Positions 1-8,735 of a stretch of 37,417 bases of DNA are shown in pieces. The notes under the pieces were generated by a model that saw only the letters and a list, made by a program, of their open reading frames with translations, did no database searches and had not been told where the DNA came from. The position numbers were made by a program, and so were the translations under genes. The DNA is from a virus (Duplodnaviria > Caudoviricetes), in IMG/VR virus record IMGVR_UViG_3300045534_000124, positions 1 through 37,417 of that record. One strand, 5' to 3'. Every line of letters starts with the position of its first letter. Positions within the stretch are counted from its first letter, which is position 1.

Positions 1-169
1 GCTTGGGGATCTCGGCCTTGCCGCCCTTGAACCAGGAGAGCACGGGCTTTGCGTCGGGTTCGGGCGTTGCGGGGATGTCCTCGCCCTCGAAGGCAAAGAT
101 CACTTCGGGAGGAACAGCCCAGACAAACGCTGCACCGATGGCGAAAAGAAAAGCGGTTTGGAGTAACAT
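1..169 (-). CDS. N-terminal part of small virion protein upstream of portal (runs off window start)
   Basis: Manual translation from ATG 169: MLLQTAFLFAIGAAFVWAVPPEVIFAFEGEDIPATPEPDAKPVLSWFKGGKAEIPK, open to base 1. Probably continues at 37417. Confidence 0.65.
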   Translation of the reverse strand, partial: MLLQTAFLFAIGAAFVWAVPPEVIFAFEGEDIPATPEPDAKPVLSWFKGGKAEIPK

Positions 170-504
170 AGCCGTTTGACGCGCTCCGCGTTGAAGCACC
201 TCAAGGCGTTCTGTCGCTCGTAAATGACGCGGGCAAGCGGAAACGGTTCACACCGCCAAAACTCCGCGAGGTCGCCCGCTGCGAGGTAAACCATCCACGC
301 ATCCCATTCCCCGCGGGGGAACACGTGCCACGGGTTGACGAGCTCTTCCCGCGGCGCGTCGTGTCGCACGGGGCGCGCCATCACGAACGCGGTCGGCGTG
401 CTGTGAACGTAGCCGTTGAGCAGGTGCGCCTCCAGATCCTCGCGGAACGTCCGGGCGCAGTCCTCGCGCTGGTAGACGGCCGCAGCCAACTCCACCGGAG
501 TCAT
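100..504 (-). CDS. Hypothetical protein, possibly acyltransferase-like
   Basis: 134 aa ORF coupled to the terL stop (ATGA overlap). Position between terL and the portal region is often held by GNAT-like genes; fold not verified. Confidence 0.7.
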   Translation of the reverse strand: MTPVELAAAVYQREDCARTFREDLEAHLLNGYVHSTPTAFVMARPVRHDAPREELVNPWHVFPRGEWDAWMVYLAAGDLAEFWRCEPFPLARVIYERQNALRCFNAERVKRLCYSKPLFFSPSVQRLSGLFLPK

Positions 505-1817
505 CGCAACACGCGGGCCGCGCCCCGGTATCCCGTCAACACGCGGGCGGGCCCGGTGTTCGGCCTGCGCGCGATGGCGGAGCGATCCACAACCAAGCCG
601 TGTTTGATCGCCTGATGGCTCAGGCTAAACGCATCCGAGAAATGCGAAGCCCAGTCATGCACGGGCACGTCTTTGATGGTCACCCCGTCGCGTTCCTCTT
701 TGGCGTGGTATGCGTCGAGCGCTTCGATGCCGTCCCCGCATCCGCTGGCGTTGAAAAACGTGCGCGGGAATGCGTCCTGGGCGAGGTTGATCCCGTCCCA
801 CACGGAATGTTGACGGGGCACGGCCACCACGTTGGAGAGCCCGGCGACGCCCAGCGCATCCTCCCAGAGCCCGCCATTCTGCGCGGACGCGTCGTGAGGG
901 ATGAAATGCGCCCCGTAGGCGTAGAGCTTGGCCTTGAGGCAGCCAGCCCAATCGGCCGGGGTCTTGCGCGTCTCTCCGCCGGAGAGCGACTCCAGGTAGT
1001 TGATCCGATCCCCCACAAGCTGCCAGATCCACAGCTTCTGATTCTGCGGCGCGCCCACGTCCCAAGACGTGTAGACCGGCAACTCTTTGAACCACATCAC
1101 ATCCTCGCTCACCCTGCGGGCGGCGCGCGCGGCCTCAAGCTGGCTCGCGTAGATCGCCCCGGGGCGGCCCACGGCGAAAGAACACTCGTATTCCTGGGCG
1201 AATGTGTGCGGAGGCGTCCCGTGCCGGATGTCCGAAAGCTCCGACGCAGGCAGAATCCCCGACTCGCTCGCCCGGAGCAGGAGCGTGAACCAAGCCGGAT
1301 CTTTGAGCGCCTCGCTCCAGAGTCGCCAGAATTGATTCCGCCCCTTCGGGGTCGAAATGAACGTCGCCCATCCGGTGTAATCGCTCAGGCAGGGGCGAAT
1401 GACCGCGTGCCACGCGGCCGGGTCGATGTCGGCGTATTCGTCGATGACTACGCCGTCGAAATAAAGCCCGCGCATCCGCTCGTATGAGTCGCCCGAATAA
1501 AGCCGGATCGACGCCCCGTTGGGCAGCGTCACCAGCAGGTCGGCCTCGTTGATCCGCACCCCCGGAATCTGCCCCAGAAATTGCTTGATGTAGCTCCAAG
1601 CGATGTCTTTGGCCTGGTCACGCGTGGGGGCGACGTAGGCGTAACGCAAGGGCGGCCCGGGGCGTGTGTGAGTCAGCGCCCGAAGGATCAGGTCTTGGAT
1701 GCAACAGAACGTCTTGCCGCCCCGGCGGTGAACCACCATACACGCCCAGCGCTGCGAGCGTTGCAGGTAAGCCCGGAACTGTTCCCGGGGTTCGATCTCA
1801 ACCGTGATTCGGGCCAC
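501..1817 (-). CDS. terL: Terminase large subunit
   Basis: Walker A HRRGGKT, YVAPT, Walker B VVIDEY, FISTPKG, RNase H-like nuclease motifs SWDVG and HDWASHFSDAF. Confidence 0.96.
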   Translation of the reverse strand: MARITVEIEPREQFRAYLQRSQRWACMVVHRRGGKTFCCIQDLILRALTHTRPGPPLRYAYVAPTRDQAKDIAWSYIKQFLGQIPGVRINEADLLVTLPNGASIRLYSGDSYERMRGLYFDGVVIDEYADIDPAAWHAVIRPCLSDYTGWATFISTPKGRNQFWRLWSEALKDPAWFTLLLRASESGILPASELSDIRHGTPPHTFAQEYECSFAVGRPGAIYASQLEAARAARRVSEDVMWFKELPVYTSWDVGAPQNQKLWIWQLVGDRINYLESLSGGETRKTPADWAGCLKAKLYAYGAHFIPHDASAQNGGLWEDALGVAGLSNVVAVPRQHSVWDGINLAQDAFPRTFFNASGCGDGIEALDAYHAKEERDGVTIKDVPVHDWASHFSDAFSLSHQAIKHGLVVDRSAIARRPNTGPARVLTGYRGAARVLR

Positions 1818-2193
1818 TGCGTCCCCCGATTTTCACCACGATGTCCACCTCGCCCGCGTGCTCAACCTCGACCTTTTCGCCGTATTTCTTCGGGGCGATC
1901 TTGCTCGCAGCCCACTTGAGCGCATCCATCCGGAGCCGCCCGAGTTGCGCGTCTGTCGATGTCCTCGACTCGGCGACGATCATCTCCGCGAACGTGTCGG
2001 CCTGTTTGGCCCGCGCGCGGGTGTAGTCGTCTCTCAGTTGCGGCGACTCCTCGACCATCCGGTAAATCGTGGCCTTGGACGGCATCCCCTTTTTCGCGCA
2101 AATCTCGATCAGCGTCTTTCCCTCGGCGAGCTGGCGGAACACCTCGTCGAGCGTCTCGCTCGGGATGTCGTTTCGCATGAGTCGCTTGGCCAT
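1798..2193 (-). CDS. terS: Terminase small subunit (Sf6/P22-like HTH type)
   Basis: LAEGKTLIEIC..GMPSKATIYR..YTRARAKQAD..RMDALKWAASKIAPKKYGEK, directly upstream of terL. Start trimmed to ATG 2193. Confidence 0.92.
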   Translation of the reverse strand: MAKRLMRNDIPSETLDEVFRQLAEGKTLIEICAKKGMPSKATIYRMVEESPQLRDDYTRARAKQADTFAEMIVAESRTSTDAQLGRLRMDALKWAASKIAPKKYGEKVEVEHAGEVDIVVKIGGRSGPNHG

Positions 2194-2254
2194 GCCCCAA
2201 TGTCCTGTCACCGCTTTTGCAGTTGTCCAGTCCTGTTTTTTGGGTAGGGCAGAA

Positions 2255-2358
2255 AGGCCAAGGGACATAACTAACCCCCCCTACGGGGGGGGTTATGTCC
2301 TTTTGTCCCCAACAAACAAAAGGGACATTTGTCCTTTTTGCCCCTTTTGTCCCCAGTG
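2255..2358. repeat. Origin-like element 1: C/G palindrome plus GGACA iterons
   Basis: Core GGACATAACTAACCCCCCCTACGGGGGGGGTTATGTCC (2263-2300) followed by TTT(T)GTCC/TTTTGCCC repeats, immediately downstream of the RepA-like gene. Origin function is inferred. Confidence 0.7.
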
Positions 2359-3636
2359 TCATTTTCTTGCCCTCCATTCACCGGGTTCAGCCTTCGATTC
2401 CTCAATCATTTTGAGGTCTTTCGCCTGCTGCCATTTCCTCCGAAACGTTCGATCGACCCACCCAGCTAAAACGGCTCGCTTCATCATTTCTGAGTAAGTC
2501 ATCTGCTCCTGCCCAAGTAGCTTGAGAAGTTTTTCAACCGACCACACCTCAGAGCGTCCGTTTCTCTTCGGCTCCTCATTCGGCACATCCCCCGGATCTG
2601 CATTGCGCCAGCAGATTGCCCCGGGTTCCTTGCTGTGGGCGATCGCACGCGCGTAGATCCGTTCCCCCTCTTCGCCCACCCAACCGGCCCGGGCGCCGCG
2701 TTTGCCGAGAACAAGCTGGAAAACCTCATGCGACCCCAGCCCGCGAACGGCCACCACGGCCCGGGCCCAGTTGGCCCATTCCGCGCTGCCGCTGCCGAGA
2801 TACGCCAGGTCATTGCCCGCCCACGCGCTTTTTTCCTGTCCGCTGGGCGGCTTGTTGGTGTGATGAACGATCACCGTGGCACACTGGTATTTGTGCAAGA
2901 TCGGGTTGAGCCCGTTGCGCAGGAACCCGCCCACGACCTCCTGCGATTTCACGTCCCCGCCAATGTAGGCAAGAGCCGGATCCAGCCATAGGAGATCCAT
3001 TCGCGCGGACGCCGCGATGGGTTCGACCACATCGCGCAGGAACGCCTCCCCGCTCAGGGTGTCGCACGTGTGAACACTCACGTTCTCCAGCGCCTGCGCC
3101 GCGTCGCTCGGGTTGAGGCAGAGCCCCCGAATCACGCCGTCGCGCATCTCCGCAAGATCCCCGTCGTCGTTCTCCGCTTGGATGAGCACGGACCGGATGT
3201 GACGCGCCGGGCGGAGCCCAAAACATTCCCGGCCAAGGGCCCAGAGGATCATGCATTGCATGGAGAGGCTGGATTTCCCGATGCCAGAAGGGCCCACCAG
3301 CAGCATCCCTCCACCCCGGCAAAGAAACCGGTCTTTGAGCAGCTCATCAGCGTTGTCCGTTGAGCGTGTGAGGCTCCCCAGAGGCCGCGTGAGCGCGGGC
3401 CCCGCAGGCTTCTTGGCGATCACCGCCCGGGCGACAATCTCCTTGGCGGTGCCGACGCCCGCCCATCCGCAGTAACCGCACCGGCAACCCCCATCCACCA
3501 CGTCGAGCGGCTCGGGGTCCGGGCAGGCCGGGCAAACAAAGGTTAACGCGCCGGTGACAATATCGGGCGACGCGTAGAGACTCGCAGCGCGCCAAGCGCT
3601 GTAGAGGGTTTCTTCAAAAGGGGTGGTGGTGGACAT
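2359..3636 (-). CDS. RepA-like (AAA_25) replicative helicase with N-terminal zinc finger and probable C-terminal winged helix
   Basis: CPAC..CRCGYC, Walker A GPSGIGKS, IQAEND, LWLDP, IVHHTNK, GSGSAEWANWAR. Start at ATG 3636 (MSTTTPF); the upstream part of the 751 aa ORF is shadow of the primase gene. Confidence 0.9.
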   Translation of the reverse strand: MSTTTPFEETLYSAWRAASLYASPDIVTGALTFVCPACPDPEPLDVVDGGCRCGYCGWAGVGTAKEIVARAVIAKKPAGPALTRPLGSLTRSTDNADELLKDRFLCRGGGMLLVGPSGIGKSSLSMQCMILWALGRECFGLRPARHIRSVLIQAENDDGDLAEMRDGVIRGLCLNPSDAAQALENVSVHTCDTLSGEAFLRDVVEPIAASARMDLLWLDPALAYIGGDVKSQEVVGGFLRNGLNPILHKYQCATVIVHHTNKPPSGQEKSAWAGNDLAYLGSGSAEWANWARAVVAVRGLGSHEVFQLVLGKRGARAGWVGEEGERIYARAIAHSKEPGAICWRNADPGDVPNEEPKRNGRSEVWSVEKLLKLLGQEQMTYSEMMKRAVLAGWVDRTFRRKWQQAKDLKMIEESKAEPGEWRARK

Positions 3637-4628
3637 TGGAAAAAGGGGTCGAAAAAGAAAACTTCCTGCGTGGTTTCCCGGGGCTCTGGAACATCCCAGC
3701 CCGGGGGCAAATGCGCGTCTTGCGGGGGCGTCACGGATCGCACCCCGCCGGGGAGCCGGACCAACTGGCACCGGGTCCAAGTGGCTGGATCCGCGCCCAG
3801 CCTCACGGCCTCGGTCATGAGCTCCCGGGCCTGCTCTTCGCTCTGGCAAGGCCCATACCATCCGTGCAGCGATTTCCCGCCCGAATGCACGGCCAGCCGC
3901 AGCCGTGGCCAGCCCAGCGCTTCGGCGGTGATGCCCAGATACCAATGGAGCGCCGCCTGCTCGTCGATGGAGCCAGAATCGAACTCCACCACCAGCCAGC
4001 GCCGTGGGCCGGTGTTGTCGAGTGACCGGTGAGAAAGTCGCCCGTCGAGTCCGCGTCCGCTGGTGCCGGTCATGGGGCTTGGGACCACCAGCCCGCAACC
4101 GGCGGCGTCTCCCCAACGCGCTCGGCTCCGGGTCCGAGCCGTGCCAGGGTGCCCTTCGGCGAGACAAAGCCATTCCGCATCGGGCAAGAGAGCGCCCAGC
4201 CATTTCACAGCGCTTTGTTGTGGCGGCGTCACCGGGCTGCGGTGGAACAAATCCACCAACCCGCCCACCCCGGGGCGTTTCATGTCCGCCACACGGGCCG
4301 CCCGATGCTCCGGATCGGCCTTTGGCCAGCGTTCCGCCGTCCGGGCCGGGGCCGGGACTTCCGGGGCGGGCGCGTGAAGGTCCGGCTGGTCCGACTTGCC
4401 GGGCGTCTGCCAAGCGATTTCTCGCGAATTGGCCACCGCGTCCCGGATCTCCCGGGGCGTCACCCGCCGGGCCGCTCCCGCCGTGGCGGCCGTCAACGCC
4501 GCCTCGATCACCGGCCCGGGCATGTGGGCATGGAGTTGGCGGGCGCAGGCGAACAGCCAGGCGTGAATCCCGGCGCCCGCCGTTGGCGGAGATGCCAGCT
4601 TGTCCACCAGCCATTGCGGCAGGCTCAT
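3543..4628 (-). CDS. Primase-like protein (AEP/RepB' family)
   Basis: LVVEFD acidic motif, VHSGGKSLHGWY, LVRLPGG. Adjacent to helicase. Start ATG 4628. Confidence 0.8.
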   Translation of the reverse strand: MSLPQWLVDKLASPPTAGAGIHAWLFACARQLHAHMPGPVIEAALTAATAGAARRVTPREIRDAVANSREIAWQTPGKSDQPDLHAPAPEVPAPARTAERWPKADPEHRAARVADMKRPGVGGLVDLFHRSPVTPPQQSAVKWLGALLPDAEWLCLAEGHPGTARTRSRARWGDAAGCGLVVPSPMTGTSGRGLDGRLSHRSLDNTGPRRWLVVEFDSGSIDEQAALHWYLGITAEALGWPRLRLAVHSGGKSLHGWYGPCQSEEQARELMTEAVRLGADPATWTRCQLVRLPGGVRSVTPPQDAHLPPGWDVPEPRETTQEVFFFDPFFQCPPPPLLKKPSTALGALRVSTRRPILSPAR

Positions 4629-4912
4629 GACGCCACCCCCGCCAAGATGTCCTCGATATGCACCCCGGCCTGTTCCCGGTAGCCGCGCCGGATCACCGGA
4701 GCCAGCACGGGGAGGAACCCCTCGAACGCATCCGCCCCCGACTGCGAGCCGAAAACGAACACCATGCGACTGCTCCGCCCCTCGCGCTCCCACGCAATCG
4801 CCAGGAGCGCCCCGCGCAGGTTGATCTCGAGCCCCCCGTTGCTCGGGACTTGGGACAAGATCCAATCCACCGCCGCCTTTACCCCGGGCGTTTCCGCTGA
4901 ATGCTGGCTCAT
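4625..4912 (-). CDS. Hypothetical protein
   Basis: MSQHSAETPGVKAAVDWIL..., ATGA-coupled to both neighbours. Confidence 0.75.
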   Translation of the reverse strand: MSQHSAETPGVKAAVDWILSQVPSNGGLEINLRGALLAIAWEREGRSSRMVFVFGSQSGADAFEGFLPVLAPVIRRGYREQAGVHIEDILAGVAS

Positions 4913-6414
4913 GATCGGCCCCCGATCCGTTGGCCGATGTAATAACCGGCCTGATCCTTGGTCATCGTCTCCGCGTTCGGGTTGCCCAGACGGCGCAGGA
5001 GAATGACCTGCTTCGGCGTGGCTAGGCCCAGATGCGCCCGGCGTCCCAGCCGCTCCAGCAGTTTGCTCGCAAAGCCCCTGGTCATGCGCTCCGTCCAGAT
5101 GCCCGCTTGGGAAAGCGCCTTGAGTTGAGCCGCCGTGGGCGGCTCTTCCTCCCACGGCATGGCGGGCTCGTATTCCTCGAGATCGCTGTCATGGATGCCC
5201 ACGGCCCACGCCAGAGGATCAACCAGCCCCTTGGGAGCTTTGCGGTTTTTCGCGGCCTCTTCCAACTGCGCGGCCAGCGCCGTCTCAACGTCGAGTTTCG
5301 CCCGGGATTCCGCCTCCAGAATCTCCGCCCCAGCGTCGAGATGCGCCTGGAGCGCCTTCTTGTGCGTCGGGTTCGGTGCGGAGATGTCCGCCGGTTGGCA
5401 GAGATTGAGCTCACCACTCAACCACAGCGGATCCAGCAGCAGGCAATGGTCTTTGCCTGGGGATAGCCGCATTCCGCGCCCAACCATCTGCTGATAGAGC
5501 GCGCGGCTCTTTGTGGCACGCAGCACGCAGATACAATCCACGGTTGGCTCATCCCAGCCTTCTTGCAGGAGTTGCGGATTTACCAATGCTGATCCCGGGG
5601 GGGCTTTTGAGAACCATTCAAGCTTTTCGGCCCGGTCTTTCGACGCCCCGTCAACATGCCGAGCGTCTAACCCTTGATCACGCAAAGCGGAAGCGAATCG
5701 TTCCGAGATGTCCCGCCGAGGGAGAAAGCACACTAATTTCCGGTCCCATGCCTCAGCCGCAACGGCGCGCGCCAACTCCGTCAACTGCGGGGTAATCAAG
5801 TCGCTAGCCTGATCTATCGTGACTTCTCCCCTGTGGTTTTTCAGAGCACGGGCGTCTAACTGCACTGGCAAGCGGGTAGCTCTCAACGGGCAAAGGTGCC
5901 CCTCGCTGATTAACTGCAAAATCCCAATCTCTGCCGCCACGTTCTGGAAGAAATGCCCAAGGCTCCTCTTGTCTGACCTGTCCGGGGTAGCTGTAACCCC
6001 AAGCACCCTGGAACCAGAAAAGTGCGAAAGCACCTCCTGATACTCCTCCGACAAAATATGGTGGCACTCGTCCACAATCACCAAATCGAACGCGTCCTGA
6101 GGATATTTTGCCAATCTTCGCCGCATGCTTTGCACACTCCCTACAATCACGCCTTTCCCTGGGATTGCGCTTCGGTCGCCCTTTTCAACTGCGGCCTGAA
6201 TTCCGTTTGCCCGGTGGAGCTTATCGCACGCTTGCGAAATCAACTCGGAGCGATGCGCTAAAAGCAATGTGCGCTCAGACTGCTGGGCCGCCACGTTCGA
6301 GAGCATGATGGTTTTTCCCGCTCCGCAAGCAGCCACAAGGAGCTGCTTGCTGTAGGTTTTCCAACCCTCCTCGATCGCCACTACTGCTTTGGCTTGGTAA
6401 GGTCGGAGAATCAA
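4909..6414 (-). CDS. SF2 DExH helicase (RadD/YejH-like)
   Basis: LRPYQ, GAGKT, LAHR, DECHH, TATP, EGWD, QMVGRGMR. TTG start at 6414 follows an AAGGAGG SD and overlaps the endonuclease stop. Confidence 0.93.
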   Translation of the reverse strand: MILRPYQAKAVVAIEEGWKTYSKQLLVAACGAGKTIMLSNVAAQQSERTLLLAHRSELISQACDKLHRANGIQAAVEKGDRSAIPGKGVIVGSVQSMRRRLAKYPQDAFDLVIVDECHHILSEEYQEVLSHFSGSRVLGVTATPDRSDKRSLGHFFQNVAAEIGILQLISEGHLCPLRATRLPVQLDARALKNHRGEVTIDQASDLITPQLTELARAVAAEAWDRKLVCFLPRRDISERFASALRDQGLDARHVDGASKDRAEKLEWFSKAPPGSALVNPQLLQEGWDEPTVDCICVLRATKSRALYQQMVGRGMRLSPGKDHCLLLDPLWLSGELNLCQPADISAPNPTHKKALQAHLDAGAEILEAESRAKLDVETALAAQLEEAAKNRKAPKGLVDPLAWAVGIHDSDLEEYEPAMPWEEEPPTAAQLKALSQAGIWTERMTRGFASKLLERLGRRAHLGLATPKQVILLRRLGNPNAETMTKDQAGYYIGQRIGGRS

Positions 6415-7130
6415 CTCGCCCTCCTTTTTTCCCAATGCGCTCTTGCGCTCGCTGCCATTTTTGCCCGTGTTTCAAGAGAGGCTTTCCTTCCAGTCATTGA
6501 AGCTCTGTGCCGTTCTACGCGCTCGGCGGGGATTTTTCGCCCGACTTGAGCGGCCCTTATTTTAGCTCTTGTTTCTGGGGAACAGGGCCTGCCGATATTC
6601 CGCGCAATCAAAGCCGCACGGCGTTCTTCAGACATTTTGCCCATCTTCTTCCCTTTACGGGCCAAACTAATTTTAGCCCGGTGTTCGTCGGTGAACTTCA
6701 CCCCCTTTCTGCTCGCGCTTGCCAGAGCGCAAAATTCAGCAGATCGCTTCTTGCCCCTTCCCGCTGCACTCAAGCGGGCTCTAGTTGCTTCACTTGGCGA
6801 CCGACCATAGTTAGGCGCCAACGCCTTTCGAAGAGTGTTAAATCCCTCCAGCGACGATGAGTTTAAAAACGCGATATAGAATTCTTCGCGTTGAAGGAGC
6901 TCATCAGCCCGGCAAAATTCAAGTATTTCGAAGTCAAACGCGCTTTCTCCAAACGCCCGAAGCGCTCTGTGAAAAAGCATGGTTCCTCCCCTCTTTGCCT
7001 GGCTTTTATGGGCGGTTATCCGCTGCCTTATATTTACGCTGCTTCCAACGTAACACATTCCGGAATCCCGGTGGATTGCGCAGTAGATTCCCGCCTCCAC
7101 GGCCCGCTGTTGGTAGGGTCTAAGCTCCAT
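6411..7130 (-). CDS. GIY-YIG homing endonuclease with NUMOD3 repeats
   Basis: GIY..YVGSS..R..H, RE, FN motifs, and about 7 S.E.RAK.S..RKG-type repeats. ATG 7130 with GGAGG SD. Confidence 0.92.
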   Translation of the reverse strand: MELRPYQQRAVEAGIYCAIHRDSGMCYVGSSVNIRQRITAHKSQAKRGGTMLFHRALRAFGESAFDFEILEFCRADELLQREEFYIAFLNSSSLEGFNTLRKALAPNYGRSPSEATRARLSAAGRGKKRSAEFCALASASRKGVKFTDEHRAKISLARKGKKMGKMSEERRAALIARNIGRPCSPETRAKIRAAQVGRKIPAERVERHRASMTGRKASLETRAKMAASARAHWEKRRAS

Positions 7131-7332
7131 CTTTGGCCTCCCCCATCGCGCACTCGATCGCCGCGACCAACAGGGCGGCCGCTTCAACCAGGGACTCCAG
7201 TTTGTTGCGGCGCGGGTCATACTGCGCCCAATACATCGCAGCCCGAAAAAACTGCTCGCGGCTTCCGGCGTATGGGTGTTTGTCGAGTCGTTCGCGCGCC
7301 TGCCAGATGAGTTCGATGGCGTCGCCGGTCAT
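7120..7332 (-). CDS. Small hypothetical protein, paralogue of 7329-7589
   Basis: MTGDAI..SLVEAAALLVAAIE, translationally coupled. Confidence 0.75.
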   Translation of the reverse strand: MTGDAIELIWQARERLDKHPYAGSREQFFRAAMYWAQYDPRRNKLESLVEAAALLVAAIECAMGEAKDGA

Positions 7333-7589
7333 TCCTCGCCCTCCTTCAGATGCTCGATGGCCGCGACCAAAAGCGCCGCCGCCCTGACAAGAGAATCGTG
7401 TTCGCTGCCAAGAGGCTGAAACTTAGCCCGAAATGGCCATAACGCGCTTGCGTATTCCTCGCTCCCCCCTTGGCGAGTCATGATGTAACAAAGCGCCGCT
7501 TTTACGCACTTCTCTTTGCCCCCGTAGTGCGCCCAACTGCAAAGCAGTTCGCGCTGCCGCTTAATGGCTCCGATGGCGTCGCCGCTCAT
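7329..7589 (-). CDS. Small hypothetical protein
   Basis: MSGDAI..WPF..SLVRAAALLVAAIE, ATGA overlaps at both ends. Confidence 0.78.
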   Translation of the reverse strand: MSGDAIGAIKRQRELLCSWAHYGGKEKCVKAALCYIMTRQGGSEEYASALWPFRAKFQPLGSEHDSLVRAAALLVAAIEHLKEGEE

Positions 7590-7960
7590 AGATTCCCCCC
7601 TCTCAAATCGCGCACCCACGCCGCCGCGTCGGGCACGTCGGCCCACGCTTTCGCCCCCTCAGCCTGGAGTTCCCGAAGCTCCTCGGGATCGTAGGCGGGC
7701 GGCAGGTTTTCCACCAGAACCCTGGCGTCGATGTGGAACGGGTTTCCGTCAACCTTCAAAGCCCACCAACCATCGGGCAAAACTGAATCGTTCACCGGTC
7801 GCCACGTCTTCGCCGAGTCCGGGCGCAGCTTTTCAACCTGCGGCATGATCTCTCTAAGCTCCCACAACACAGGCTTCCAGCCCTTCGGCACTTTGATGAC
7901 CACGTTATCCACCTGCACCCGGTGAACCGTCACGTTGAGCAGATCGAATTCCTCGCTCAT
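7586..7960 (-). CDS. Hypothetical protein
   Basis: 124 aa, SD plus ATGA coupling. Confidence 0.78.
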   Translation of the reverse strand: MSEEFDLLNVTVHRVQVDNVVIKVPKGWKPVLWELREIMPQVEKLRPDSAKTWRPVNDSVLPDGWWALKVDGNPFHIDARVLVENLPPAYDPEELRELQAEGAKAWADVPDAAAWVRDLRGGNL

Positions 7961-8190
7961 TCCTCACCCTCCTCCAAGATGGCAAGACGCTCATAAGCGG
8001 ATGCCGTCGCATCCTTGATCCGGCGAATGTCATCGGTGATGATCTGCTCAAACTTTTGGCCAAGTGGCCTGGTCACTCCCATTTCTACCACTTGCCGGAC
8101 AAGGCATTCGCTGGCGTATTCAAGGCCAGCATCAAGGGCGTCAAGGAGCGCGTACAATTCCTTCTTTTCTGCGTTTTTCTTGGCACTCAT
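7957..8190 (-). CDS. Hypothetical protein
   Basis: 77 aa helical ORF, coupled to neighbours. Confidence 0.78.
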   Translation of the reverse strand: MSAKKNAEKKELYALLDALDAGLEYASECLVRQVVEMGVTRPLGQKFEQIITDDIRRIKDATASAYERLAILEEGEE

Positions 8191-8624
8191 TCTTGGCCCT
8201 CCTTCCTGTAAACCCCGTCCTTGCCCTGCTGATAACCGCCCTTTTCAAGAGCGCCCTCGATCGTCTTTCGCACTTTGGCGAACGGTGCCGCCGTCGCAGG
8301 GTCTGGGAAAAAACCCGTGCCGGGGCCGTTTTTCAGAACCGCGCCATCCAGCCGAAGCGTTGCCTGCCTGGGATCGGCCAGCGCGTGTTTCTCTTTCACG
8401 CTTGTCCGGGTGGCGAAACTAAACGCGGTCTCCACCGTGTTGGCGTCCAGGTTAAGCACCCCCCTCAGCGTCACCGCAAATTTGACGGGCTCCTCGGAAT
8501 CCGTGCCGTTTTCGGACGCCTTCGCGATAGCCCGCAGGATCTCTTCCTCCTGCGCCCCGATGGCGTCGGCAAGATCGGCCTGCATATGCTGGGCCAGTTG
8601 GTTGAGTAAGTAGTTCTTTGACAT
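8187..8624 (-). CDS. Hypothetical protein
   Basis: MSKNYLLNQLAQHM..., ATG 8624 after an A/C-rich leader. Confidence 0.78.
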   Translation of the reverse strand: MSKNYLLNQLAQHMQADLADAIGAQEEEILRAIAKASENGTDSEEPVKFAVTLRGVLNLDANTVETAFSFATRTSVKEKHALADPRQATLRLDGAVLKNGPGTGFFPDPATAAPFAKVRKTIEGALEKGGYQQGKDGVYRKEGQE

Positions 8625-8647
8625 TTTAAGAGTTGGGTTTGAAAGAG

Positions 8648-8727
8648 TCCCCGCGTCCAAGCCGGTCGGCTCGAAAGGCGCGCTTCACAGCTCAGGGAGC
8701 ACGCGCCCGGCATTTTGCCCGCGAGGA
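8648..8727 (-). ncRNA. Candidate cloverleaf (4-way junction) RNA
   Basis: Closing stem TCCTCGCG/CGCGGGGA enclosing three hairpins, filling an intergenic gap. Folded by eye. Confidence 0.45.
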
Positions 8728-8735
8728 TAAGTGGT

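Noticed and set aside
3637-4614. 751-aa fused primase-helicase ORF
   Set aside because: The upstream part is low-complexity G/R/P shadow translation. The primase motifs lie in another frame.
6411-7130. Group I intron or intein in the helicase
   Set aside because: No non-coding flanks for a ribozyme and no intein termini. The helicase has its own SD and start codon.
7329-8200. Shared EGEE/EGQE C-termini of consecutive small proteins
   Set aside because: Explained by purine-rich SD sequences overlapping ATGA junctions.
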